Part shown: positions 1 to 11,461 of the stretch, one piece after another | Layout of the letters: each line of letters begins with the position of its first letter | Position numbering within the stretch: the stretch's first letter is position 1 | From: Octopus vulgaris | Taxonomy: Eukaryota | Length of the DNA stretch: 64,000 bases | Assembly: GCA_951406725.2 (NCBI GenBank) | Contig: OX597828.1 | Location: forward strand, 62,000,001-62,064,000 | Direction of reading: 5' to 3' | Translations under genes and position numbers: made by a program | The notes under the pieces: generated by a model | What the model was told of the DNA's origin: nothing | Database searches by the model: none | The model's input: the letters and a program-made list of their open reading frames with translations, nothing else

Positions 1-1442
1 CAGCTGCCAAGACGCCTCCAAACAAGTCTGGCATATGACAATAAGGTTCGTAGGGCAGACCATCCAACCTGGTGAGTTGTCTCTCGCGCAGCCCTCCATC
101 GCATCCTGTACATCCACAGCTGTGATAGGCCTTTCACAAGACTCCACCTCTCTTGCTGAGAGTCGTGGCAAGGCATGCAGGTAGGCACTAAAGTCCACTC
201 TGCGTTCTGACCCACCACTTGTCCCAAACAGTTGGGTGAAGTGTTGTTGAAAAGCCCCACACATCCTTTTAGGCTCGAGCAATTCGCGCCCCTGTTCATC
301 TATAAGAGACTTGATGGTGGCTCTGTTGCCTCGTTGCGTCTCCACCACTCGGGCCTCTTGGGCGGCTCCAACTCCTTCGTTCTTCAGAGCATGCATCCTA
401 GCTCTGACAACGCATCCCTCGTGTTTGGCGTTGAGGTGTTGGTCGAGGGCCAATCTCGCCGCCAGCACGTTGGACGCGATGCCAGTTCTAAGTGCCTCTT
501 CTAAAACCTTAACTAATTCTCCCTCTATTCTATTTCGGTCTAATGCTAGGGCTTTACTGTATCTGACTGATTCTGCTTTAATTGCTTTTTTTAGGGCATA
601 CCACCATCTGTTGTTGATGATGGTACCCTTCAAAGCTCTCTTAACTAATGTGCTGATCCGGTCGCTGTAAACCTGTCGTGCTGTAAAAGACACGTTCAGT
701 TTCCAGTAACCAGGACCCTGCCTATGTGTCTTATCTAAGTCAAGTGTACAAGTCACAAACTTGTGATCTGTGTAACTGACTATATGAAATTGTGGACAAC
801 CTACACTATTTTTATCTATTGTCCTACAGAATACTCTATCTAAGTATGATCTGGACGACCCGATGCGGTTACTCCATGTCCACATTGGCACATTCGGGTG
901 GTCCAGTCGGTACCTGTCAGACAGTTGGAAACGTCTGAGCAGGTCTTTGAGGCATTTGCATCCCCTTCTATTGCTATCTCTACCCACGTAGTCTAGATGC
1001 GTGTCCAGGGTGGCATTCCAATCCCCCACTAAAAGTAAAGGACGATCGTTCCCATGAAAGACTCTAGACGTCGAAAGAAATCTGGTCGGCCTGTTAAGGA
1101 CGGAGCATAAACTGTTATCAGTCGAAAAGCACACTCATTGCTGCCATCGACATCCAAAACGACCAGCCTACCCTCCGGGTCTAGGAAAATTGCTCTTACT
1201 TTGAGATCCAGACTCTTCCGGAGAAGCACCGCGGTGCCACCTCCGCCCATTCTCGGTAGACACGGAGAAAAATAAATGTTGAAATGTGTACCGAACATGT
1301 GGTGGAGTGCCCGCGAGCTGTGGAGTCTGGTCTCACTGATGGATATGATATTCAGATTTAGTGACTTCATATCATTTAACAGGTAGCCTTGTTTCCAAGG
1401 CGACCCCAAGCCACGTACATTTATACTGCCTATTCTGAGCAT
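1..1442 (-). pseudogene. ORF2 N-terminus (APE endonuclease + linker) of the Tx1 element
   Basis: APE catalytic motifs NVRG, ET, YAP, GDWN, LDR and TDH; frameshift near 1050. Confidence 0.88.
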
Positions 1443-1511
1443 GTTCCGATAAAAATTGTGTTTTACACACGAAAAGAAAGTGCAAAAAAGGAAAGAGAGA
1501 GAGAGAAAAGG

Positions 1512-3709
1512 TTACTTGTTGTCCGAAAGTCCTTTGTTTTTCACCTCACAGTCTTCTTCCATGAGGTTTTTATATAGTTTCTTTGATGAATATTTTTGAA
1601 ATCTCCCTACTGCATCAGCGTAAAGAGATTTCAGGGTGCTGTATGTGTTACGTGTATTGTTTTAATGTGTTGTGGTGGTGTTGTGCGTGGGTGGTTACTT
1701 GCTTTTATGTCGTTTTCAGTTATGTTGGTGTTTGACCTAATGTGTTCCATTAGGTCGTGGTTGTTTGTGTTTATGGCTGTCAACATTGTTGGGGGGTTTG
1801 ATGATGGTGGGTTTGTGTTGATGTGTTTGTTTTCTGTGGATGTTTTTGTTTCGGGAGTGGTGAATCTTCCTGCTTTGTTTGTTATCTTTTCTTTTCTTTT
1901 TTCCCCTTTTTCTTCTCCCCCCTGTGGCTATTTGCCAATCTTCTGTGTCTTCTTCGTCTAATGACAAATCAGAGGAATCAGAGATTGGGAGGGGGAAAAT
2001 ATTGGGGTCTATTGTAGACTGTGTTGATTTTGTTGTTGGTGTTGGCTGGTGAGTGTTAGGTTGTGGTGTATGCGGTTTTGGAGGTGGGGTGTGGGTATTT
2101 TGTGTTTGAGTGATTGTAGGTATTGTTGTGTTGTTTGGGGTGTCAATTTTGTGGGGATTTGGAGTAGTAATTGTTTCTTCATTTTCGATGAGTGTCTTTT
2201 TGGCAGATGTTCTTGGTTTGGGAGTTGGTCTATTCTTGGTTGTTGTTGTTGGTGTTGTTTCTGTTCTTGGTGCAGTTGGTGGTGTTGTTTGGTTGGTGAG
2301 GTCTGTTTTTTGTTGATTTTCTGTGATTAGTCCTGTTTGTACAAATTGTGGTGTGGGTAGTAAAGCTGGCTTTTTTGTTTTTTCCGGCTGCTGTTGTTGT
2401 TGCTGTTGTTTTCTTGCGGCATATTTGCAATCTTTTTTTAGGTGTTGCTCACTGCCGCATATGTAGCAACATGGTCTTCTGCCATCGACGATCACATAAT
2501 ACTTGTGGTCTTCTGATACACATATCTGGGTGGGCATTTTCTTTATGTCATCTTGGTTTATGTGTAGTAGAAATTCTACTCTTTTTCCCACCCAGTTTTT
2601 GTGTTCCGTGACCGTAGTATCTAAAATTGTGAAATCTTCCATTTTCACACATAAGGTTGTTCGCTATTTTTGGGACATTGTTTAAAGTGATCTTAGTCAC
2701 TTTCTGTCCACGATAGCTTGGTATTAATGTCAGTTCATCTGAATGAAGAGTTAGCGTTGAGAAACGTTTTGCTAACTCTTCAGTGTGGAAGACCACTTGT
2801 ATGTGTGCGAACTTGTTCCACCAGGTCACATACTCTTTGTAGTTCCAGATGGGTTTCAAGCATTTTTCGATTTTCCTTGTGTTAGCCTTCTCTGGACTTT
2901 TTGTTTTCTTATTAATTATTTTATATATAATAGTTCTTTTTTTTCATTTTCTAATATTTCTTGTGGTATGTTTATTTTTAATATACCATCTACTTCCGTT
3001 ATTAAAATTTTCGTATCTTTTATCTGCTGTGCAGTAAAATATACTGTTGTCTTTTTTCTTTTATCGCCTCGGCGAAATTTGTTGTTGTTTTGTTATTGTT
3101 GTTGCTGGTGGTGATGTTGTTGTTGGCTGCAGTTGGTAAAATCGGTGTATTTGGTTTGATTGTGCAAGTAGGAAGGGGTGGAAAATTACTTGCATAGTTT
3201 GTCCCCGTGTTCGAGCAGCTTTTGTCAATTTGTTTGGTGGTCACAGTCTTTTGTTTATTCACTTCAGTTCTTGGTGTTGGAGGAAAACAGGTCTGAACGG
3301 AATTGTTATTGTTGTTTTTGTTGTTGGTGTTGGCGGTGGTGTCAGTGGCAGAAGAGACAGCCGTGGCAGCAGATGTCGAAATGGTGGCGCAATTGTTGTT
3401 ATTCTTGTTGTTGTTGTTGGTAGTTGAGGTAGTGGATGAGGTGGCGGTGGTGGTGGTGGCGGAGGCGGTGGTGGTAGCAGTAGTAGTCTCGTTGTTGTTG
3501 TTAGTGGTGGTGATGACAGTGTTGTTATCGCAAGTGGTTGCAGCGTTCACTACCACGTCATTCAGGTTTGCACTTTGCGTGCATGAGTTCTTTTTTTCTT
3601 CTCCTAGCGTTTCCAGACTAGGAAAATGTTGGTCGATAAAGGAACGCGACCAGCGTTCTACAATACAATTTCTCGACATTTTGAAAATGTCGAGAAGAAA
3701 ATTACACAA
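1512..3709 (-). pseudogene. ORF1 (gag-like) of the Tx1 element, frameshifted
   Basis: Pieces 3020-3709, 2548-2859 and 1737-2648. GRRPCCYICGSEQHLKKDC is a CX2CX4HX4C zinc knuckle. T/N/P-rich flanks; basic WQIATGGRRKRGKKK patch. Confidence 0.8.
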
Positions 3710-3885
3710 ATTAAATAGGGTTGAAACTGCCCCTAGGGGCGAATTCCTCCCTTGGAAAAGTACTCAAACGAAAGTTGGGTGCCTTACACACCTTATTTAC
3801 AAAAATGTACACAAAATATGGGCTATAAATAGTCAAAATAAACGATTACCTTCGGAGCCGAAGTGACAGCACGTCCGTAGATGGC

Positions 3886-3897
3886 TAGATAGATAGG

Positions 3898-3989
<92 letters not shown>

Positions 3990-3990
3990 C
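3886..3990. repeat. (GATA)n microsatellite
   Basis: Direct reading; about 25 units. Confidence 0.97.
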
Positions 3991-4300
3991 AAAAATATAT
4001 GTGTCTATGTGTGTCTGTCTGTATACTCTGGAAGCACTTAATAACTTTTGATAGCCTCACATTAAAATGTTACACATTTTGAATGTAAAATTATGGTGTA
4101 ATTAGAAGACACGTTTAATTAATTAAGATGTGTTATTTTAATAATTTGGCTTAAGAGCATGTTGTGTTTCGTCGTCTTGTCGTCTACCCATACAATAAAC
4201 ATGTCTTCCATATTTTCCTAAAATCTACTCTTTGAACGAGTCAACTTCTTCGCTTACAACAAAAGGTCGTGGCACCTTTTTGTGGTGAAGTAGAGGTTAT

Positions 4301-4918
4301 GGATCTTTACCGTTTGACCGACAGATTTAAAAAATAATTTTTTGTAACTAAACACTCTCAAACTTCGGACACTGGTAGAATGTGTCATATAAAACATCTT
4401 TTACTCTTAGCATTTTTGAGAAAAACTTATATTTACAAAGTTATTTCACGTTAAAGTTGTAGTATTTCGGTAATTTCAACCAATCAATGACGTGTATTCA
4501 GCTGAATAAAATTACTGCTGTTGTTTGTCAACAAGAACTTCTGACGATGTATATTTCGTTTGTCACTGTTATTTATGACAACCCTAACCCTAAAACCCTA
4601 ACCCTAACCCTAAAATCAGTACAAACGGACGAACGATGTCATAAATAACAGTGACAAACGAAATATACACTGCTGGAAGTTCTTGTTGAGAAACAAAAGC
4701 AGAAATTTTATTCGGCTGAATACACGTCATTGATTGGTTGAAATTACCGAAATACTACAACTTTAACGTGAAATAACTTTCCTAAATATAAGTTTTTCTC
4801 AAAGATGCTAAGAGTAAAAGATCTTTTATATGACAGATTCTACCAGTGTCCGAAGTTTGAAAGTGTTTAAGTTACAAAAAATTATTTTTTAAATCTGTCG
4901 GTCAAAAGGTAAAGATCC
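4301..4918. mobile_element. Foldback MITE: ~280-bp TIRs, 8-bp TSD, (CCCTAA)n core
   Basis: Starts GGATCTTTACCGTTTGACCGACAGATTT and ends AAATCTGTCGGTCAAAAGGTAAAGATCC. Arms at 4301-4580 and 4637-4918. GAGGTTAT is duplicated at 4293-4300 and 4919-4926. Confidence 0.92.
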
Positions 4919-6339
4919 GAGGTTATTAATTATCACTGTATAGCTTTGTTAAGCTATACGCAAAGTAGTGGAGACGAGAATACATTTATCAAAAGGTTTA
5001 TTACTTTACGTACATCGGGGCTTCGCCAGTTATTTCTGTTTAGTTCATTCAGATTTGTTCAACACACACTGCTGACATTCTTTTGTTGTTCTCTCACCGG
5101 AAGCCCTTTCGCTGCTGACCAACTTCCTAGCTAGCCCGCAGCGAAGTTCCTGCCTACAGTTCGTCTGTCGTGAATCCTGCCCTAGAATTATTAAATGCAA
5201 GGAACCACCTACATGGTCACTGATGTTTACTAGTTTCCAATCAACTCAGCATTTTCAGTTTCACCTCAAGTGTGATGCTATTCCTCGGCATTTTAACTGA
5301 ACATTTAGCGCTTGAAATTGTAGATCATTTCTATTTGTGATGGGTAAAAAAACTGTGAACAGTTTGAGAGTATGGGAGTATGCATACGTGTGGATTATAG
5401 TTTCTCTCATGTTAGCACACAGTTATTATATGTAATGTTAAACCACAGAAAATATTATCTTCAAGAAATTATAGCGAATCAGCACTAAATGGGGTAACAC
5501 TAAACAACGTGTTAGCGATTGTGTATGTGCGTGTACATACACTGACCAAATGTAACGTAACTACTAGTATATTATATTGTATATTGCAATATATAGTATA
5601 TTGCAGATCCTGATCAATGTAATGTAAACTGACCACGGTGGTTTAGCTAACCATCTTTTTATAATATGATCTCTGATCATTCTCAGACCTTTGTCATCAT
5701 TGTAACTATTACTGACCGTAATGTAGCCTCTCATCCTTATAACTATCACTGACCGTTGTATATTAGTCACTAGCCACTGTACTACCAATAACCCTTTTAA
5801 CATAACCAGGGGTGCTCTATTGCTAAAGATAGCCACAAAATCTCCTTAAAACGAAAGACGGAATTGCATTGTTTTTCACGTTTCCCGCCATCTCCATCCC
5901 GTCATCCCTTGATTTTTTAAGAGGATCTCCCCTAACGAAAGAACATCCTTAACATCACTGTCATCTCGATCATCACTATATTGGCCTAGGTTCCTTAGTA
6001 CCAGCTGGTCTTGTACCTCTTTCATTTGTTCCTCTCCTTCTCTCATTACTCTTGTTATGTTCAGATCCCTAGACCTTTCATCAGCTGCTGTGTTTAGTTC
6101 TTCCTTTTCAGAACATCTCTTTCCTGAAATCTCTTCACTGTTCATGCCTTTCCTACAGTTGTTAAATTACAACAATTCAAACGGAATATTAAGTGCATCA
6201 AACTGATTGGTTTTAGGAATTGCCTTTTCATCAAGTCTCAGTAAGTAAAAAAATTAGGACACCTATTCCCAGTCTTCAAATTACCATTATTTTCTCAAAC
6301 TTTTTATGCATTTTTAAGACTCTCATGTACATGATACAA

Positions 6340-6550
6340 GGAAAAGGCCCGCTCAAGTGGTTAATAATAACAGCCAAACCATATTATACGGATTTATCTT
6401 TATCCTATTACACGCACCACACCCAAAAATATGAGAAAATCGTTCTAGCAATAATGTGAAAAAAGTATTAAAAAAAAAAAGAAACCCATGTAATACGGTT
6501 TGGTTGTTATTTTTACTAAACCGAGTACCAATGCAGGCCGCCTTCTTGGT
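6340..6550. repeat. Degenerate inverted repeat (old MITE-like)
   Basis: AATAATAACAGCCAAACCATATTATACGGATT (~6363) matches, imperfectly and in reverse complement, AACCCATGTAATACGGTTTGGTTGTTATTTTT (~6483). Confidence 0.45.
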
Positions 6551-7038
6551 TCATATAAGTACCACCGGGGTTTTATAATTGGTGGTGGTGGTGGTGTGAG
6601 TAAAAATATTGGTTAGTGGTGACTAGACAACGAAAAGTGTAGTTTCTTTTAAAGACTTTTAAAACTTTCTCTTTATTACCAATCACTTAACGAATGTGAT
6701 TTAGTAAAATTAATTATTGTCTGCGCAATCGAAACTTATATTTGTTTATAAGGTATATACAGCGACACATGACATGCGCTGACAAGAGAAAGAATGAGAA
6801 AGGTAAAGGTAAACAGGAGCAATGAATGAAAGAGAATGCAATGAGTATCTATAAGAGATGAGAGAAAGAGTTCGAGAAAAGAAAAATGAACGAGAATGTG
6901 AAGAAAAGTGGAAACGCAAAAGCTGAACGTCGCAACATTGATGGCGAGAATGTTGTCTGTAATCATTGTGAAGCTCGAGACAGAAGAAGACAGCTTTCAG
7001 AGATAATAATTTCTTGATACTTCAATACTGCCCACAGT

Positions 7039-7078
<40 letters not shown>

Positions 7079-7454
7079 TGATGTTATTGTTGTTGCTGTT
7101 GTTATTCCGTTCATCGCATAGTATTTGCTGCAAGTGACGCAATACAGGTGCCAGCTGTCCGCAATCAGCGGATTGTTGTGGCACCTTCAATTGTCATGCA
7201 CTTTTTAAGTATTCTACCAATCCCAAGAAGTACTGATTTCAGTAAGTTCCCCACCTTGAAGTTGTAATCAATTTCTTTTTTAAATAGTTTTCACTCCTGG
7301 TACTCAAAATACCAAGTGTGATGTACATTGGCTGGTAATATGCCATACGGTTTCAGCATTTTGTCCACAGGTTCTGCGTTTATCGCTTTCTGATGTGTTG
7401 TCTATCCTGTATTTGATGTAATTGGTCTTTAATACTTGCTCTTAGGCAGCACAG

Positions 7455-7498
<44 letters not shown>

Positions 7499-7712
7499 GG
7501 CGGTGAGCTAGCAGAATCGCTAGCACGCCGGGCAAAACGCTTAGCGGCATTTCGTCCGTCTTTACGTTCTAAGTTCAAATTCTGCCGGGATTGACTTTGC
7601 TTTCATCATTTCGGAGTTAATAAGTTAAGTACTAGTGAAACACTAGGGTCAGTGTAATTGATTAGTCCCCCCACCCAAATTCCTAGGCCTTTTATTAGAA
7701 ACGATGATTATT
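7499..7712 (+). mobile_element. tRNA-derived SINE, family A (downstream of (ATT)n)
   Basis: Head GGCGGTGAGCTAGCAGAATCG, B-box-like GTTCAAATTC; homologous to 8975-9160 and 60399-60610. Confidence 0.75.
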
Positions 7713-8974
7713 ATCATGGTCGTCGTCGTTGTCGTCATCATCATCACCACCATCACTTGTGTTAGACGTACGTCGTATCGGCTTCTGGTTTATCAAATTT
7801 TGTTGAAAAGAATTTAAGCTTGAAAATTTTTGCCAAAGCTTTAAATAAGGGCTTCTACTTCATTGTGTAAAGAGGGCGACTGCCAAATTGTGTCCTAAAT
7901 TGCACAATTTTTGTAATACCTATTAACTTTCTCTTGTACTTCTTTAGTCAGAAACTATGTCGGCGGTAACGCTCACTACAAGATTCAACGAGGTGGTACT
8001 GAAAAAACTTCTTGCACGGGAACATCATCATCATCATCATCATCAACAGCAACGACAGTAACAAAAATAGTAACAACAACGCTAAGGTCAACGTTTCTAA
8101 CAACAGTACCAACAAAAGTGACAGCAACAACAAAAATAATGATAAATAGTGGGAGTCACTACTACGGAAGCTGGAGATTTTGAAAGGCACACCGCGGGAA
8201 CTAACATGCGGAAGATGCGTGTTTATATACACAATGTCACTGAATAGTGTCGGACACCAAACACATCAAGGTGATCGGCACTAATCTAAGGGAATACGAG
8301 GCAGTGACGAGTCAAAAATTAAACAAGAAAAATCGCTGGGCCTGCAGCTCGGCGCCTGGAAGAGCAGGTCTATGCCATTCAACAGCGCCATCGAACGCTG
8401 GACCGACGGACCGGTTAAATTATTTGGGTTTTGGTTTGGTTTGGCTTGGTTTGGTCAAGACCTCCAGGTGGACAAGAACTGGGAAGAGGTGATGAGCGGG
8501 GTGGCTAGTCTTACCCAGAAATAGGCCGAAAGGAAACTATCCCAGAACGGTCGGGCGGAGGGGACAAATGCCAACATCGTAACCTTCGTCTATTACGCCT
8601 GACTGTCGAGTTTTCTTTTTTACCCCGATTCACAACATTGTGCTTAAGTTAGGAACTATTACTAGAGTAGGAGAGTTACTAGAAGAGTTTTGTAAGAAAA
8701 ATTGCCCTAAGGTGTGAAATAATCTAACGTTTCGCCTATTTGTTCTTCGACTAAGAGAAAGCGAGAGAGAGGGGCAGTAAACAAACAACAGATAGACACA
8801 GAATATATAAACAAGATGGCAAATGAAGAATGAGATGGGAGGCAGAAGGGGTAGCTGATGCGATGCAGTATGCGAGATGAACAAAGGCGGAATTAATTAA
8901 AAATGTGGGAGGGATAAGAAGCCAAAGTTGTAGCAGGATCTATGTTAATGAAATGGTTATGACCAAGTGTAGGA

Positions 8975-9160
8975 TGGCGAGCTGGCAGCACCGTTAACAT
9001 GTAGGACATGTTTAGCGACAATTTACTGACTCTTTGCGTACTGAGGTCAACTTTGCCTTTCATTCGAACGGTGTACCAATCAAATACTGTGATCGATGTA
9101 TCATCGACTTAACACTTTCCATAATTTTGCTGGCCTTGTGCCGAAATTTGAAACCCATAT
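8975..9160 (+). mobile_element. SINE family A, diverged copy
   Basis: GGCGAGCTGGCAG..GTCAACTTTGCCTTTCAT..GGCCTTGTGCCGAAATTTGAAACC is shared with 60399-60610. Confidence 0.6.
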
Positions 9161-9769
9161 TCAGAAAAGAAAGCAAAAGGGATATACGGACACATGAACA
9201 CAATGACACAGTCACAAATAAGAGGGGGAGGAGGAGGACGAGGGGGAGGAGGAGGACGAGGAGGAGGAGAGTGGCAGAGGGAGCTTGCAGAGAATCGGGT
9301 TTCATAAGGAATGGTTGAGAATTATATACAATATACATTTAGTTTCAAGGGCGGAGGCTTGCGGGGATGGTCATAATAAATATTTATCTGTAAGAGGAGG
9401 TGGGGGAAGAAGCAGAGCATGGATATAAGTAAACAAAGGCATGAAGTGCAATATAATTCTGTGAACTGCACATTAACCACACATATGCAGAAGCTAGCAC
9501 AAATACAACACAATGCATATATGTGTGTCATACAAACAGCTCAGCAGGTGAGCGGTCGCTCTCCTTTCCCTTTTGTTAGCTTCTGATCTCATCCTTCATA
9601 CACATCATCACATGCCCATATCAGCGCAGGCTGCTTCTCTCTTGCACGATACTTGAATCCTTTTTATATCCATTTAACTTCATACATCCAGCGAAGCATA
9701 CTGTGTTTCTTTTTAGCTTTCGTAAATCCTTTGTATTCAAAGCCCACATCTACCATACAATATCATTCT

Positions 9770-10910
9770 TCGTACAAATGCATTATACAATCTGCTTTTA
9801 ACTCTAAAAGAGAAGCGCTTTGTTGCCACCAGAAGTAATAGTTCCCAAAACTTTTTCCAATCCATTCTTACTCTGGCTATCATTCTTTCAGAACATCCAC
9901 TCCGCCACTACTAGTTGGGTCTCCTAAGTAGCAGAAACTACCAACTTTAATTGAGCCTCGGGGCATTTGATAGAATCTGTTTCTTGTTAGCTCTTAGTGC
10001 TTATTGCGCCTGTTACATTTGAAGTCTCCCTTCTCCAATAATCTTCCTGTGATACTATAATATCCTTAGTTTACACCTGGTACACCATATGAAATTCCAT
10101 TTCTGCATGCTGTGCATGGTCATTTCGAAAATGATGCCATGGCCCTTCTCACCTACTTACTTTAATCTTCGCAAAGTTAATTTTGAGGACGCTCAATTCT
10201 AGAATTGAGCGCCCACATCTGAATTTTCATTTCTAATTCCTCTACTATAAGCACATAGTCAGCATACAGGAGCACATGGCTGCTCCCTCTTAGACTTCTC
10301 TGTTTTAAGCTGTTATAATGAACAGAACAGACTCCTGATGAACTTCTACTTGAACGCTAAATTCATTGGTGAATGCATTGCTAATTTTAGTTTCCTCGGC
10401 GAACACTAAATCACCGTGTGAGAAACTCTGTTAAAAGTCTTCTGTAGGATAACAGACACTAAGAATAATGGTTTGCTCCGGTCTAAGAACTTCTGTAGTT
10501 GTCTCACTAGAAAACAATACGATTGGTTGTACATCTAAGTACAAAGCCAAACAACATTTCAACCAATTTAATTTTCTTCCTGATTAAGTTTACAACTCTT
10601 CCTGTAATAACCATGTTCTGATTCTACGGTTTGATGTATCTTTAGTTACCTCTCTAATGTACATCCTTTGTCTTTATTGCAGCTCCCTGATTAGCTAAGA
10701 GGCTGACCAGCACAAACCCTACACAACCCAATATTTTAAGCATCTCAGTAGGGATCCTTGAAGCTCCAGGAGCTTTCCTTGAATTCATATCCTTTATCGA
10801 CTTATCAACCATACATCTGCCAACTCGAATGGATGGTTCCTTATCAGGATCTATTTAGGGGTGGTTCCTTTTTGTCCTAAACATTATTTTTTTCAGTAAC
10901 CTTTATGAAA
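9770..10910 (-). mobile_element. Heavily decayed RTE LINE fragment
   Basis: Reverse strand gives KAPGASRIPTEMLK and remnants of YAD and FCYLGD; collinear with the better RTE copies. Confidence 0.6.
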
Positions 10911-10959
10911 GGAGGTACATCATAAGCTATCCCCCGAGGATGTAGCTGTGCATTCAACA

Positions 10960-11380
10960 ATTTGCTAATCAGGAATGAACAAACATCAATTCTTAATCGA
11001 ACTGTAACAGGCGATGAGAAGTGGATAGTCTATACCACCAATAAACGTAAGAAATCATGGCTATCGTCAAATGAAAATATCTAATTCCAACGACCGTGCC
11101 AGATCTACAACCAAAAGAAGATTTTGCAGTGCGTTTGGCAGAATACAGTAGGTATTGTTTACTTCCAGTTATTGAAACAATGGGCAAGCATTACTGTAGA
11201 ACTTTATTGTCAACAACTTGAACACATCACTCAAGTTTAGCCCCCAAAACAAACAGTTCTAGTCAGCAGAAAGACAGTCATCCAGCAATATGATTATTCG
11301 AGTCAATATACACAGACGATAACGCAAGGAAAGGTTAACTCATTTGACTACGGAGTTCTACTTCCATTCGGGTTGATGAG
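10960..11380 (+). mobile_element. Mariner transposase relic
   Basis: TGDEKWIVY near 11005-11035 and LQPK(K)ILQCVW-like remnants, with stops and frameshifts. Confidence 0.7.
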
Positions 11381-11413
11381 CCGATAACGGATATGAAATC
11401 AAAGAAAGCTCCT

Positions 11414-11459
<46 letters not shown>

Positions 11460-11461
<2 letters not shown>

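Larger units (their letters stand above)
1..3885 (-). mobile_element. Tx1/L1-clade non-LTR retrotransposon, 5' part (5'UTR, ORF1, APE endonuclease and linker of ORF2); runs off the window start
   Basis: ORF2 starts at 1442 (MLRIGSINVRGL..ISISETRL..LITVYAP). After a frameshift near 1050 it reads VGDWNA..SYLDR..TDH..GPGYWKLN..SPGLDGLPYE, which are APE and pre-RT motifs typical of Tx1/L1. ORF1 carries a CCHC knuckle. The 5' end abuts (GATA)n. Confidence 0.9.

Noticed and set aside
1596-3866. Plus-strand hydrophobic ORFs
   Set aside because: Antisense shadows of the A/C-rich Tx1 ORF1.
4581-4615. Chromosome end or fusion scar
   Set aside because: Only five repeats, enclosed in a MITE with an intact TSD.
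7760-8640. CpG-rich segment with (GGTTT)n, possible DNA transposon or promoter
   Set aside because: No TIR/TSD, ORF or splice signal that I could support.
8715-8760. Hammerhead-like TCGAAGA..CGAAACGTT on the minus strand
   Set aside because: Core is mutated and stems I and II do not pair; at best a dead remnant.
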